Source of the DNA: Thermodesulfobacteriota bacterium
Lineage (GTDB): Bacteria > Desulfobacterota_D > UBA1144 > Nemesobacterales > Nemesobacteraceae
Length of the DNA stretch: 64,000 nucleotides
Direction: 5' to 3'
Assembly: GCA_965202785.1 (NCBI GenBank)
Contig: OZ241855.1
Span: forward strand, 869,088 to 933,087
How positions within the stretch are numbered: position 1 is the stretch's first letter; the number at the start of each line of letters is the position of its first letter. The notes below the pieces were generated by a model. That model saw only the letters and a list, made by a program, of their open reading frames with translations. It was not told the DNA's origin and did not search any database. This document shows, piece after piece, positions 49,257-57,189 of this stretch. The translations under genes were made by a program, and so were the position numbers.

Positions 49257-51215
49257 ATGGCAAGTAAAAGAGAATCGCGGATTCTAAAACTGCTCAGTCA
49301 AAAAGAGGGAAGAAGCCTCTCCGAGGGCAATATTCTCCGAGGGCTTGATATGCCCGAGAGAAAAAGAAAAAATCTCCGTGCCGCACTTGAGCGTATGGTT
49401 CTTGAGGGCACGATCAGAAGGACTTCTAAAGGGCGCTACCGCCTCGGAAAATATGAAAAAAAACCCGCCGGGCAAGACCACCGGCGTCCGAATTTTCCCG
49501 GTCACACCTTAAACGGGAACCGGAAAAATATCGGATCGAACGGCCTGTCCAACGGGAACTCCCTGAGGGTTTTGGCCGATCTGCGAAAAACCCCAAAGGG
49601 TTTTGTTGCATGCCCGAGAAAGGCGGAGATTCCCGAGTGTGAGATTGAAAGCAGAGGTGGGGAAAGGAGCTTCTCCGACGGGGAACTCGTGGTTATAGAG
49701 ATTGGACTTGGGAAGACATCGGCGAGAGTGACCGAGCGTCTTGGGGTATCCGGAGAGATTGAAACTGAAAAGAAGGGGATTATCTCCGAGTATGGTCTTC
49801 CGAAGGGTTTTTCGCGCAGCGTGACCAAAGAAGTCGGCAACCTGAGCGCGGAACTTCCAAACGGTGATCTTTCGGCGAGGGTGAATCTTGAGAGGGAAAA
49901 CATTTTCACCATAGACGGGGATGACGCAAAGGATTTTGACGATGCCGTGGGCATAAAAAGAATCCGCAAGGGCAAGGGATACAGACTCTGGGTAAGCATA
50001 GCGGATGTTTCTCATTACGTGCTATCCGGGAGTGCGTGCGATGAGGAGGCCGCGCGCAGGGCTACCAGCACCTATCTCTCGGACAGGGTTATTCCCATGC
50101 TTCCCAAGCGGCTCTCGAATGATCTCTGCAGCCTGCGGCCGAAAAAAAGACGGCTTACCAAAACAGTCGAGATGGATTTTGATTCCTCGGGAAGGCTTAA
50201 GGACTCAAGGATATACAACAGCGTGATCAAAAGCTCTGCGAGACTTACCTATTCCAAGGCCGCGGCCGTTTTGGAAGGAAACAGCACTGCCTCATCCTCG
50301 CTCAGTAAAAGTATAACTTCTTCCCTGATTGTGATGAGAGAGCTCTATGGCAAGCTCAAGGAGCTTAGAATCGGAAAAGGAGGTCTTGACTTTGATTTCC
50401 CCGAGGCCGTGCTTCTTCGCAATTCCTCAGGAGAGGTAAGGGACGTCGACAGGCTTAAGCGAAACACGGCCCACGAGATAATAGAGGAGTTCATGATCAT
50501 GGCCAACTCCGTAGTTGCGGAGTTTGTCTTTAGAAACGGTTTTGAATCGATCTACAGAATTCACGAGCCCCCGGATCCGGATTCAATAAAGCAGCTGCGC
50601 GAAAGCCTTCTCAAAATAGGAATCAAGGCGAACCTGGGAGCAAGAGCAAAACAGCCTGACATCCAGGCGGTGATGAAGACCGCTTCGGGAAGACGGGACC
50701 GGGAGCAGATAAACTTCATGATTCTGCGCGCGCTTAAAAAAGCTGTCTACTCGACAAAGCATATTCCCCATTTCGGTCTTGCGATAGACGATTACACTCA
50801 TTTCACTTCGCCCATAAGAAGATATCCCGATCTTGTTGTTCACAGGATTGTCGACGACATACTGGAGAAAAAAGACCCTTCCTACGATTCTGCTCTTCTC
50901 AAAAAGATCGCCGAACGCTGCTCAATTCTGGAGAGGACGGCCGAGGGTGCGGAACGTCAGTTTATGAACCTCGAGACCGCGAATTTCATGAAAACCCGCG
51001 TGGGCGAAGTCTTCCACGGGAAAATACTCAGCATACATCCCTTCGGAGTCTTCATAGAAATAAAGGAACACTTCGTCGAAGGACTCATCCCCGAGCACTT
51101 TTACAAACACAAGGGCAAGAAAAGAAAGTGGTTTGAACTCGGAGAAGGTGTTCGCGTAAAGCTCGTGTCGGCCGATCTGGAAAGAAGAAGGCTCACCTTT
51201 GATCTGGTATCCTGA
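49257..51215 (+). CDS. rnr: Ribonuclease R
   Basis: N-terminal winged HTH; RNB domain (FTIDGDDAKDFDDAVG); C-terminal S1 (GEVFHGKILSIHPFGVFIEI). 652 aa. Confidence 0.85.
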   Translation: MASKRESRILKLLSQKEGRSLSEGNILRGLDMPERKRKNLRAALERMVLEGTIRRTSKGRYRLGKYEKKPAGQDHRRPNFPGHTLNGNRKNIGSNGLSNGNSLRVLADLRKTPKGFVACPRKAEIPECEIESRGGERSFSDGELVVIEIGLGKTSARVTERLGVSGEIETEKKGIISEYGLPKGFSRSVTKEVGNLSAELPNGDLSARVNLERENIFTIDGDDAKDFDDAVGIKRIRKGKGYRLWVSIADVSHYVLSGSACDEEAARRATSTYLSDRVIPMLPKRLSNDLCSLRPKKRRLTKTVEMDFDSSGRLKDSRIYNSVIKSSARLTYSKAAAVLEGNSTASSSLSKSITSSLIVMRELYGKLKELRIGKGGLDFDFPEAVLLRNSSGEVRDVDRLKRNTAHEIIEEFMIMANSVVAEFVFRNGFESIYRIHEPPDPDSIKQLRESLLKIGIKANLGARAKQPDIQAVMKTASGRRDREQINFMILRALKKAVYSTKHIPHFGLAIDDYTHFTSPIRRYPDLVVHRIVDDILEKKDPSYDSALLKKIAERCSILERTAEGAERQFMNLETANFMKTRVGEVFHGKILSIHPFGVFIEIKEHFVEGLIPEHFYKHKGKKRKWFELGEGVRVKLVSADLERRRLTFDLVS

Positions 51216-51236
51216 CCGTTTTTTCCGGTTTCTTCA

Positions 51237-51266
51237 AAGACTTGCGCTGGGCGAAGTTTTTTAGGG
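51237..51266. terminator. Possible bidirectional terminator between convergent rnr and fic
   Basis: Imperfect hairpin cttgcgctgggcgaag followed by TTTTTT. Confidence 0.3.
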
Positions 51267-51277
51267 TCATTGACGGC

Positions 51278-52399
51278 TTACCTTGAGATAGCATCCGGCA
51301 AGCGGTAGCTTGTGCTTCGTCCGCCACCGGGGTTCTGAATAAAAATCCCGCGTGACTTTAGGTCTTGGATATCCCTTAGTGCCGTGTCGGGAGAGCACTT
51401 GGCCAGTTTAGCATATTTTGAGGTATTCATATGCCCTTTAAAACCATCTTCTAGCATGCGATTAATAATCAGACGCTGACGTTCATTGACAGGTCGCCGA
51501 TTAACTTTTTCCCATAGTTGCGCTTTAAACAAGACAGCGCTCAGTGCCTCTTCGGCGTTGGCAATAGCGCGGCCGAAGCAATCCAAGAACCATTCAAGCC
51601 AACCCGTTACCTCCGGCGCGCTGCGCTGCTGCTTTTCCAGTTGGTCATAATAATCCTTACGCTCAGATTCAAATTGCGATGAAAGGCTGTAAAAGCGGTG
51701 CGGCATGCCGTCAGCGCGCGCCAGGGCCATATCGGCAATCGCTCTACCAATACGTCCATTACCATCTTCAAATGGATGAACCGTCACAAACCACAAATGA
51801 GCAATACCGGCTCTGAGCACAGGGTCAGTATCATCTTTGCTCTCAAACCATGCCAGAAACTCTGTCATCTCATGCTCAAGACGCTCCGCATCCGGGGCTT
51901 CAAAATGAACTTTTTCACGTCCAATAGGGCCAGAAACCACTTGCATTGAACCTGATTCCGCGGAGCGCCATCCACCGACTGCGATACGACGCATGCCGCT
52001 ACGACCAGTTGAAAATAGCGCGGCATGCCAGTCAAACAGCCTCTCTTTTGTTAAGGGTTTGGCAGATTGCTGAGTCGCATCCAGCATGATTTCGACAATC
52101 CCTTCGACATCTCGGTTCACTGGCACGGGGCTAGCGATATGAATGCCCAGTCGGCGGGCGATTGACGAACGAACCTCTCGGGGATTCAGATTTTCCCCCT
52201 CGATGGCCGATGATTTAACAACGTCGCTTGTCAAAGTGCTTAGACTTGCTTCTCTCTTCAGTTCAAAACCTAATCCTTCCATTCTGCCTAATAAACGGCC
52301 CTGACGGTGCCGAATATCTGCAAGCTTAGAAGCGAGTTTTCCGCTGTCCCAAGTGAAGTCCGGCCAACTCTGATGTTTGTATATCCACATGTTATTCAC
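51278..52399 (-). CDS. Fic family protein (AMPylase/adenylyltransferase type) with C-terminal winged HTH
   Basis: Fic motif HPFEDGNGRIGR. The N-terminal SSAIEGEN (Fic_N / inhibitory [S/T]xxxE[G/N]-like) region. 373 aa. AT-rich. Confidence 0.85.
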   Translation of the reverse strand: MNNMWIYKHQSWPDFTWDSGKLASKLADIRHRQGRLLGRMEGLGFELKREASLSTLTSDVVKSSAIEGENLNPREVRSSIARRLGIHIASPVPVNRDVEGIVEIMLDATQQSAKPLTKERLFDWHAALFSTGRSGMRRIAVGGWRSAESGSMQVVSGPIGREKVHFEAPDAERLEHEMTEFLAWFESKDDTDPVLRAGIAHLWFVTVHPFEDGNGRIGRAIADMALARADGMPHRFYSLSSQFESERKDYYDQLEKQQRSAPEVTGWLEWFLDCFGRAIANAEEALSAVLFKAQLWEKVNRRPVNERQRLIINRMLEDGFKGHMNTSKYAKLAKCSPDTALRDIQDLKSRGIFIQNPGGGRSTSYRLPDAISR

Positions 52400-52619
52400 C
52401 GTATTATTTGCAGTGATTATAACCTTGTTCTCCGTAGAAGCAAGAAAAATTGCCGCAAAATATGCGGTGAATGAAATCGCTATTCACCGCATAGCGCCAA
52501 GTTCTCTTGATAGCGTATCCATCCAGCCGGCAGGATGCATCAAATAAAACATAAAATTTGCATGGTAGATTATATTTCAAAGGTTGTAATTTGTATCATT
52601 GCCTATCGTGGAGTATGTG

Positions 52620-53162
52620 ATGGAACTTGAAACACTCTGGCAGAAATATAGAGCTAATATAAAAGCATTTTTACATTCAAGGGTTTCTAATCCAGACGAT
52701 GTTGATGACTTGTTGCAGGAGGTATTAATCAAAACCTACAAAAACCTCGACACGCTTGCCTCAGAAAACAGCATCAAGCCATGGCTGTTCCAGGTTGCAA
52801 ACAATACGATTATTGACTTTTACCGCAAAAAAGGACGTCTGAATAAGTTCATACATGACGACTTTCATTTGGATGAAGAAGATTCTGATACACAAGATGA
52901 GCTTGCGCGGTGCATAGAGTCTTTCATTAAAAACCTGCCACAACAGAATGCAGAACTTTTAACAGTTATTGATATAAAAGGTCGATCGCAAAAAGAGTAT
53001 GCAGAGGAGACAGGCGTTAGTTATTCCACACTTAAATCCCGTGTGCAAAAAAGCCGAGATTTGTTGCGAAAGCTCTTTGATGATTGCTGTCATTTATCTT
53101 TTGACCAATTTGGCAGAGTTATTGAATACACTCCAAAGTCAGGCGATTGTAAAAATTGTTAA
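52620..53162 (+). CDS. ECF-type sigma-70 family RNA polymerase sigma factor (SigZ-like) with a C-terminal Cys-rich extension
   Basis: Region 2 (DDLLQEVLIKTYKNL...PWLFQVANNTIIDFYRKK) and region 4 (AELLTVIDIKGRSQKEYAEETGVSYSTLKSRVQKSRDLLRK) are recognisable. A C-terminal tail CCHLSFDQFGRVIEYTPKSGDCKNC follows. GGAG RBS. Confidence 0.8.
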   Translation: MELETLWQKYRANIKAFLHSRVSNPDDVDDLLQEVLIKTYKNLDTLASENSIKPWLFQVANNTIIDFYRKKGRLNKFIHDDFHLDEEDSDTQDELARCIESFIKNLPQQNAELLTVIDIKGRSQKEYAEETGVSYSTLKSRVQKSRDLLRKLFDDCCHLSFDQFGRVIEYTPKSGDCKNC

Positions 53163-53229
53163 GTTTTTTTCGTCTTTTTTGTTTGCTGCACGTCTTACAG
53201 GTAAAGCAACCAAAAAATAGGAGTTAAAG

Positions 53230-53937
53230 ATGATTAAAGTTATCAGCTTCAAAATTTGTCCATTCGTTCAGCGCGTGACTGCTTTGCTTGAAGCTAAGAA
53301 TTTGCCGTATGAACTGGAATACGTTGACCTAGGCAAGAAACCGCAATGGTTTTTAGACATATCACCAACAGGACAAGTTCCTGTGCTGATTACGGAAGAT
53401 GGAACGGCATTATTTGAATCCGATGCTATCGTTGAATATCTGGATGAGGTTTTTGAACCTTTAGAATCCGATCTTACGCCGGAACAACGTGCTCTTGATC
53501 GCGCATGGAACTATCAAGCCACAAAACATTACCTTGTGCAATGTTCTGCACAACGTAGTGCTGATAAAGATACTCTTATAGAGCGTTCAGCAAAATTGGG
53601 TAAAGCGTTTGAAAAAGCCGAAAAAGCTCTGGGCGAAGGTCCATATTTTAAAGGAAAAACATTCAGCAATGTTGATGTTGCCTGGATACCTTTACTTCAT
53701 CGCGCGGCAATTACTGAAAAACATAGCTGCTATGATTTCTTGGCTCAATATCCGAAGGTCAAGGCATGGCAGGCTTCACTTTTAAAAACGGATGTGGTGA
53801 CAAACTCGGTTGCAGATGATTTTGAGAAAGCTTTTACGGGTTTTTATTTATCTGATGAAACTTTTCTGGGTAAATATAAAGAGTGCTCTACAGAGCCATT
53901 TAGTAGAAAATCCTGTGAAGCGTATGAATGTTGCTAG
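53230..53937 (+). CDS. Glutathione S-transferase family protein
   Basis: N-terminal thioredoxin-like GST domain (FKICPFVQRV...PTGQVPVL...ESDAIVEYL) and a helical C-terminal domain. AGGAG RBS. Confidence 0.8.
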   Translation: MIKVISFKICPFVQRVTALLEAKNLPYELEYVDLGKKPQWFLDISPTGQVPVLITEDGTALFESDAIVEYLDEVFEPLESDLTPEQRALDRAWNYQATKHYLVQCSAQRSADKDTLIERSAKLGKAFEKAEKALGEGPYFKGKTFSNVDVAWIPLLHRAAITEKHSCYDFLAQYPKVKAWQASLLKTDVVTNSVADDFEKAFTGFYLSDETFLGKYKECSTEPFSRKSCEAYECC

Positions 53938-54046
53938 GATTTGAATTATGCGGAAATGCATATGACTAAAATCTGATGCGTTAGAATAGAATAAAGCCAT
54001 GTGTTTCCCGTTCTCAGAGTTCGAGAATGTGAACAACTGTACTGAG

Positions 54047-54137
54047 TGGCGGAGGGAGTGGGATTCGAACCCACGAGGGCCAAAAAGACCCCACTGGTTT
54101 TCGAGACCAGCGCCTTAAACCACTCGGCCATCCCTCC
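54047..54137 (-). tRNA. tRNA-Ser (anticodon CGA)
   Basis: The reverse complement GGAGGGATGGCCGAGTGGTTTAAGGCGCTGGTCTCGAAAACCAG...long variable arm...GGTTCGAATCCCACTCCCTCCGCCA folds as a class II tRNA. Anticodon loop CTCGAAA. Confidence 0.85.
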
Positions 54138-54230
54138 CGACCCGCAAAACAGGCTACCGAAGCCCGAGGGGCAAGGCAACATCTCCCGGGAAGTTTTGTT
54201 ATTAACCCCTCCGTGTAAAATTAAGCGGAT

Positions 54231-56735
54231 ATGATTGAGGACTACTTTACCCCCGAAGCCGCTGAATTCATCAGAGAGTCGATAACCGAGGCCCACGGAA
54301 ACGAGGTTTTTTTCGTCGGCAAGGTAGACGAAGGCTCTCTGGTGTATGATGTGAAAGTCCTTGCACGCGGTAACCGCCAAGCGGTTCCGGCCATCCTTGA
54401 CGCGGCGAAAACGGGGAACGTCGTTGTGCATAATCATCCCTCAGGCAACCTCGAACCTTCACCTCAGGATGTGGCAGTCGCTTCGGCTTTCGGAAACAAA
54501 GGCGTCGGTTTCTACATAGTGGACAGTGAGGTCGAGAAGGTGTACGTAGTTGTTGAGCCTTTTGTTCCGGGGGAAACGGTACGCGTTGACAATGAATCCG
54601 CGAGGGAATATCTTCTGCCTGCGGGTCCCGTGGCCCGTGTCTTGGGAGAGAAATACGAACACAGGGACGAACAGCTGGAAGTCCTCTCAAACGTAATCGA
54701 TGCATTCAACGACGAGCACCTCTCAATGATAGAGGCCGGCACGGGAACCGGAAAAACTCTTTCCTATCTCATACCTTCCATTCTCTGGTCAATTAGCAAC
54801 AATGAGAGGGTTTTGGTCTCAACAAATACCATCAATCTTCAGGAACAGCTGATAAACAAGGATCTTCCTCTCCTTCGGGATCTTTTTCCGAGGAAGTTTG
54901 ATTATGCTCTCGTTAAAGGAATGAGAAACTACTTCTGTCTTCTCCGGGGCGAAGCCGTCGGGCAGGATCTTTTCGATTTTATAGACGACGGTGAAAGAGG
55001 GTCGATGAAGGATGTGCTTGAGTGGGCCAAGACCACCGCGGACGGTTCACTTTCCGATCTTGCGTTTACACCCCCTGACGATGTATGGGACAGGGTATCT
55101 GCGGAAAGCGAAAGCTGCCCGGGGACCAAGTGCCCTCATTATTCGAGTTGCTTTTTCTTTAAGTCGCGGAGGGAGCTATCGAGGGCTTCGGTGCTGGTTG
55201 CCAACCACCACATGCTTTTTTCCGATATTGCGATAAAAGGAACTGCGGGACCCGATTCGGATTTCGGGATAATTCCCCGCTACGCAAAGGTCGTTTTTGA
55301 TGAGGCGCACAACATTGCCGAGGCGGCTACTTCACATTTCAGCCTGAAGCTTAGCAAGCACGGGATTGCGAGGACCCTCTCAAAGCTTCGTTCCCGGAAA
55401 AATAGGGACAAGGGGCTTGTATCATACATCTCGCACCTTGCGCAGAAAGAAAAAGATTCCGCCCTCAGGGAGGTTTTCGAGCGCTCGGGTGGCGGGCTTG
55501 CGAAGGCCGTTGAGCGTATAGAGGTTGTAAGCGAAGAGGTCTTTAATTCGCTTTACGGTTTTGGGGTGGAGCTCTCGGGTGAGACAGCGATAAGCCTGAG
55601 GCTCACAGAAGAGGTTGTGCGGCACGAGAAATGGCCTGCCGTTGAGGAGCGCTTCGGGGCACTTGAAAAATCCCTTTTTTCGCTTGAAAGGGAGATTGCC
55701 CACCTGCTGGGAGTAGTCGAGGGCTCACCGCACGCGGATTCCCACATAAAACTCACCGCTGAACTTGGTGGCATCGCCAAGAGATCCCTTGCTTTCCGCG
55801 AAGCCATAGGAAGGTTTTTTGGCGAGCAGGACGAGAGTTATATAAGGTGGTTTGAGGGGAACCGCAGAAGGGCGGCGATTTTCTGCTCCATCAACCTTTC
55901 CCCCCTTGATGTATCCAAGGAGCTTGATGAAAAGCTCTACTCGAAGACCAAAACCGTCGTTATGACTTCCGCATCGCTTGCCGTGGATAAGAACTTCGAT
56001 TTCCAGAGGAAAAACATAGGACTTTCGGATAATGAAAGATTCAGGGGGCTTATTGTTGATTCACCGTTTGATTTCCGAACGCAGTCCTTACTGCTGGTCC
56101 CCTCGGACATGCCCGAGCCTGGGCGCGAGGACTACGAAGATTCCCTTGCGCGGATACTCTCAGACTCGATTTCTGTAACGAACGGAAATGCTCTGGTGCT
56201 TTTCACCTCCTACTCCTCGCTTAACAGGGTTTATGAAAAGACAGGAAAAATCCTTGAGAGCATCGGGACCGTCCCGGTCAGTCTTTTCAAGCAGGGAGAA
56301 ATGCCTAGGGGCCTGTTGCTTGAGAAATTCAAAACGCTTGGGAATTCGGTGCTTTTCGCAACCGACAGCTTCTGGGAAGGAGTAGACATTCCCGGGGATT
56401 CCCTGAAGATGGTCGTCATATGCAGACTTCCCTTCAAGGTCCCCACGGATCCGGTTACGGAGGCGAAAATCGAGTACATGGAAAATCAGGATATAGATTC
56501 ATTCCGCGAATACATACTTCCCCATGCCGTACTCAGGTTCAAGCAGGGTTTCGGAAGACTCATACGCACCAAGACGGACCGCGGTGTTGTTATGGTTCTT
56601 GATAAGCGTATCGTGTCGAAGTACTACGGGAAATTCTTTATCAACTCCGTTGCGGGGAGTGACTTTTTCTGCGGAAAGACGGAGCAGATACTCGGGCGGA
56701 TGCGGAATTTTTTCTCCGAGGAGCGAAAGCATTGA
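54231..56735 (+). CDS. dinG: DinG-family (XPD-like) ATP-dependent DNA helicase fused to an N-terminal JAB/MPN (RadC-like) metalloprotease domain
   Basis: The N-terminal 110 aa carry a complete JAMM motif: E (TEAHGNE)...HNHPSGNLEPSPQD = HxHx7Sx2D. Then come helicase motif I AGTGTGKTLSYL, FeS-domain cysteines (CLLRG...CPGTKCPHYSSC), DEAH box VVFDEAHN, and C-terminal helicase motifs. 834 aa. Confidence 0.8.
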   Translation: MIEDYFTPEAAEFIRESITEAHGNEVFFVGKVDEGSLVYDVKVLARGNRQAVPAILDAAKTGNVVVHNHPSGNLEPSPQDVAVASAFGNKGVGFYIVDSEVEKVYVVVEPFVPGETVRVDNESAREYLLPAGPVARVLGEKYEHRDEQLEVLSNVIDAFNDEHLSMIEAGTGTGKTLSYLIPSILWSISNNERVLVSTNTINLQEQLINKDLPLLRDLFPRKFDYALVKGMRNYFCLLRGEAVGQDLFDFIDDGERGSMKDVLEWAKTTADGSLSDLAFTPPDDVWDRVSAESESCPGTKCPHYSSCFFFKSRRELSRASVLVANHHMLFSDIAIKGTAGPDSDFGIIPRYAKVVFDEAHNIAEAATSHFSLKLSKHGIARTLSKLRSRKNRDKGLVSYISHLAQKEKDSALREVFERSGGGLAKAVERIEVVSEEVFNSLYGFGVELSGETAISLRLTEEVVRHEKWPAVEERFGALEKSLFSLEREIAHLLGVVEGSPHADSHIKLTAELGGIAKRSLAFREAIGRFFGEQDESYIRWFEGNRRRAAIFCSINLSPLDVSKELDEKLYSKTKTVVMTSASLAVDKNFDFQRKNIGLSDNERFRGLIVDSPFDFRTQSLLLVPSDMPEPGREDYEDSLARILSDSISVTNGNALVLFTSYSSLNRVYEKTGKILESIGTVPVSLFKQGEMPRGLLLEKFKTLGNSVLFATDSFWEGVDIPGDSLKMVVICRLPFKVPTDPVTEAKIEYMENQDIDSFREYILPHAVLRFKQGFGRLIRTKTDRGVVMVLDKRIVSKYYGKFFINSVAGSDFFCGKTEQILGRMRNFFSEERKH

Positions 56736-56744
56736 ATTTCTTAC

Positions 56745-57131
56745 ATGTATAAAGCGAAAAACGGTGAAAGGGAACGGCTGGAGAATGTTTTCAGAAGACT
56801 GGGCAGGTCCCGGTTCCGTTCTGGGTTCAGGCTGAATGCCAAGGAAACATTGTATCTCAGGCAAAAAGGCCTCCCCGAGGTGCTTTCGCACGGAAGGGAT
56901 TTTCTTGAAAAAAGGCTTGCCCCCTCTCTGCCCCCTAACGACGGGAAGCAGACTCCATGGGGTGGACATCCTGTGTTTCGTGCCCAGCATGCCACGGCCA
57001 CGTGCTGTCGGAGCTGCCTACTAAAATGGCACGGCATCCCTAAAAAAAGAAAGCTTACGGAACGGGAAATTGATTATATTCTTCTGGCAATTGAAATGTG
57101 GCTTTCGGCTCAGAGCAGCCCGCAGGAGTGA
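56745..57131 (+). CDS. Hypothetical protein (DUF4186-like)
   Basis: A 128-aa ORF with the conserved-looking TATCCRSCLLKWHGI segment. Family name is recalled from memory and not verified. Confidence 0.4.
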   Translation: MYKAKNGERERLENVFRRLGRSRFRSGFRLNAKETLYLRQKGLPEVLSHGRDFLEKRLAPSLPPNDGKQTPWGGHPVFRAQHATATCCRSCLLKWHGIPKKRKLTEREIDYILLAIEMWLSAQSSPQE

Positions 57132-57189
57132 TTTCCAAAAAAAAATTGTTTTATGTTAGAATATCGGGAGATATAAAAGATTTTATATT

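Noticed and set aside
54046-54234. A 62-aa + strand ORF MAEGVGFEPTRAKKTP...
   Set aside because: It is the antisense read-through of tRNA-Ser (54047-54137, minus strand); FEPT is the T-arm GGTTCGAATCC read backwards. It is not a protein gene.
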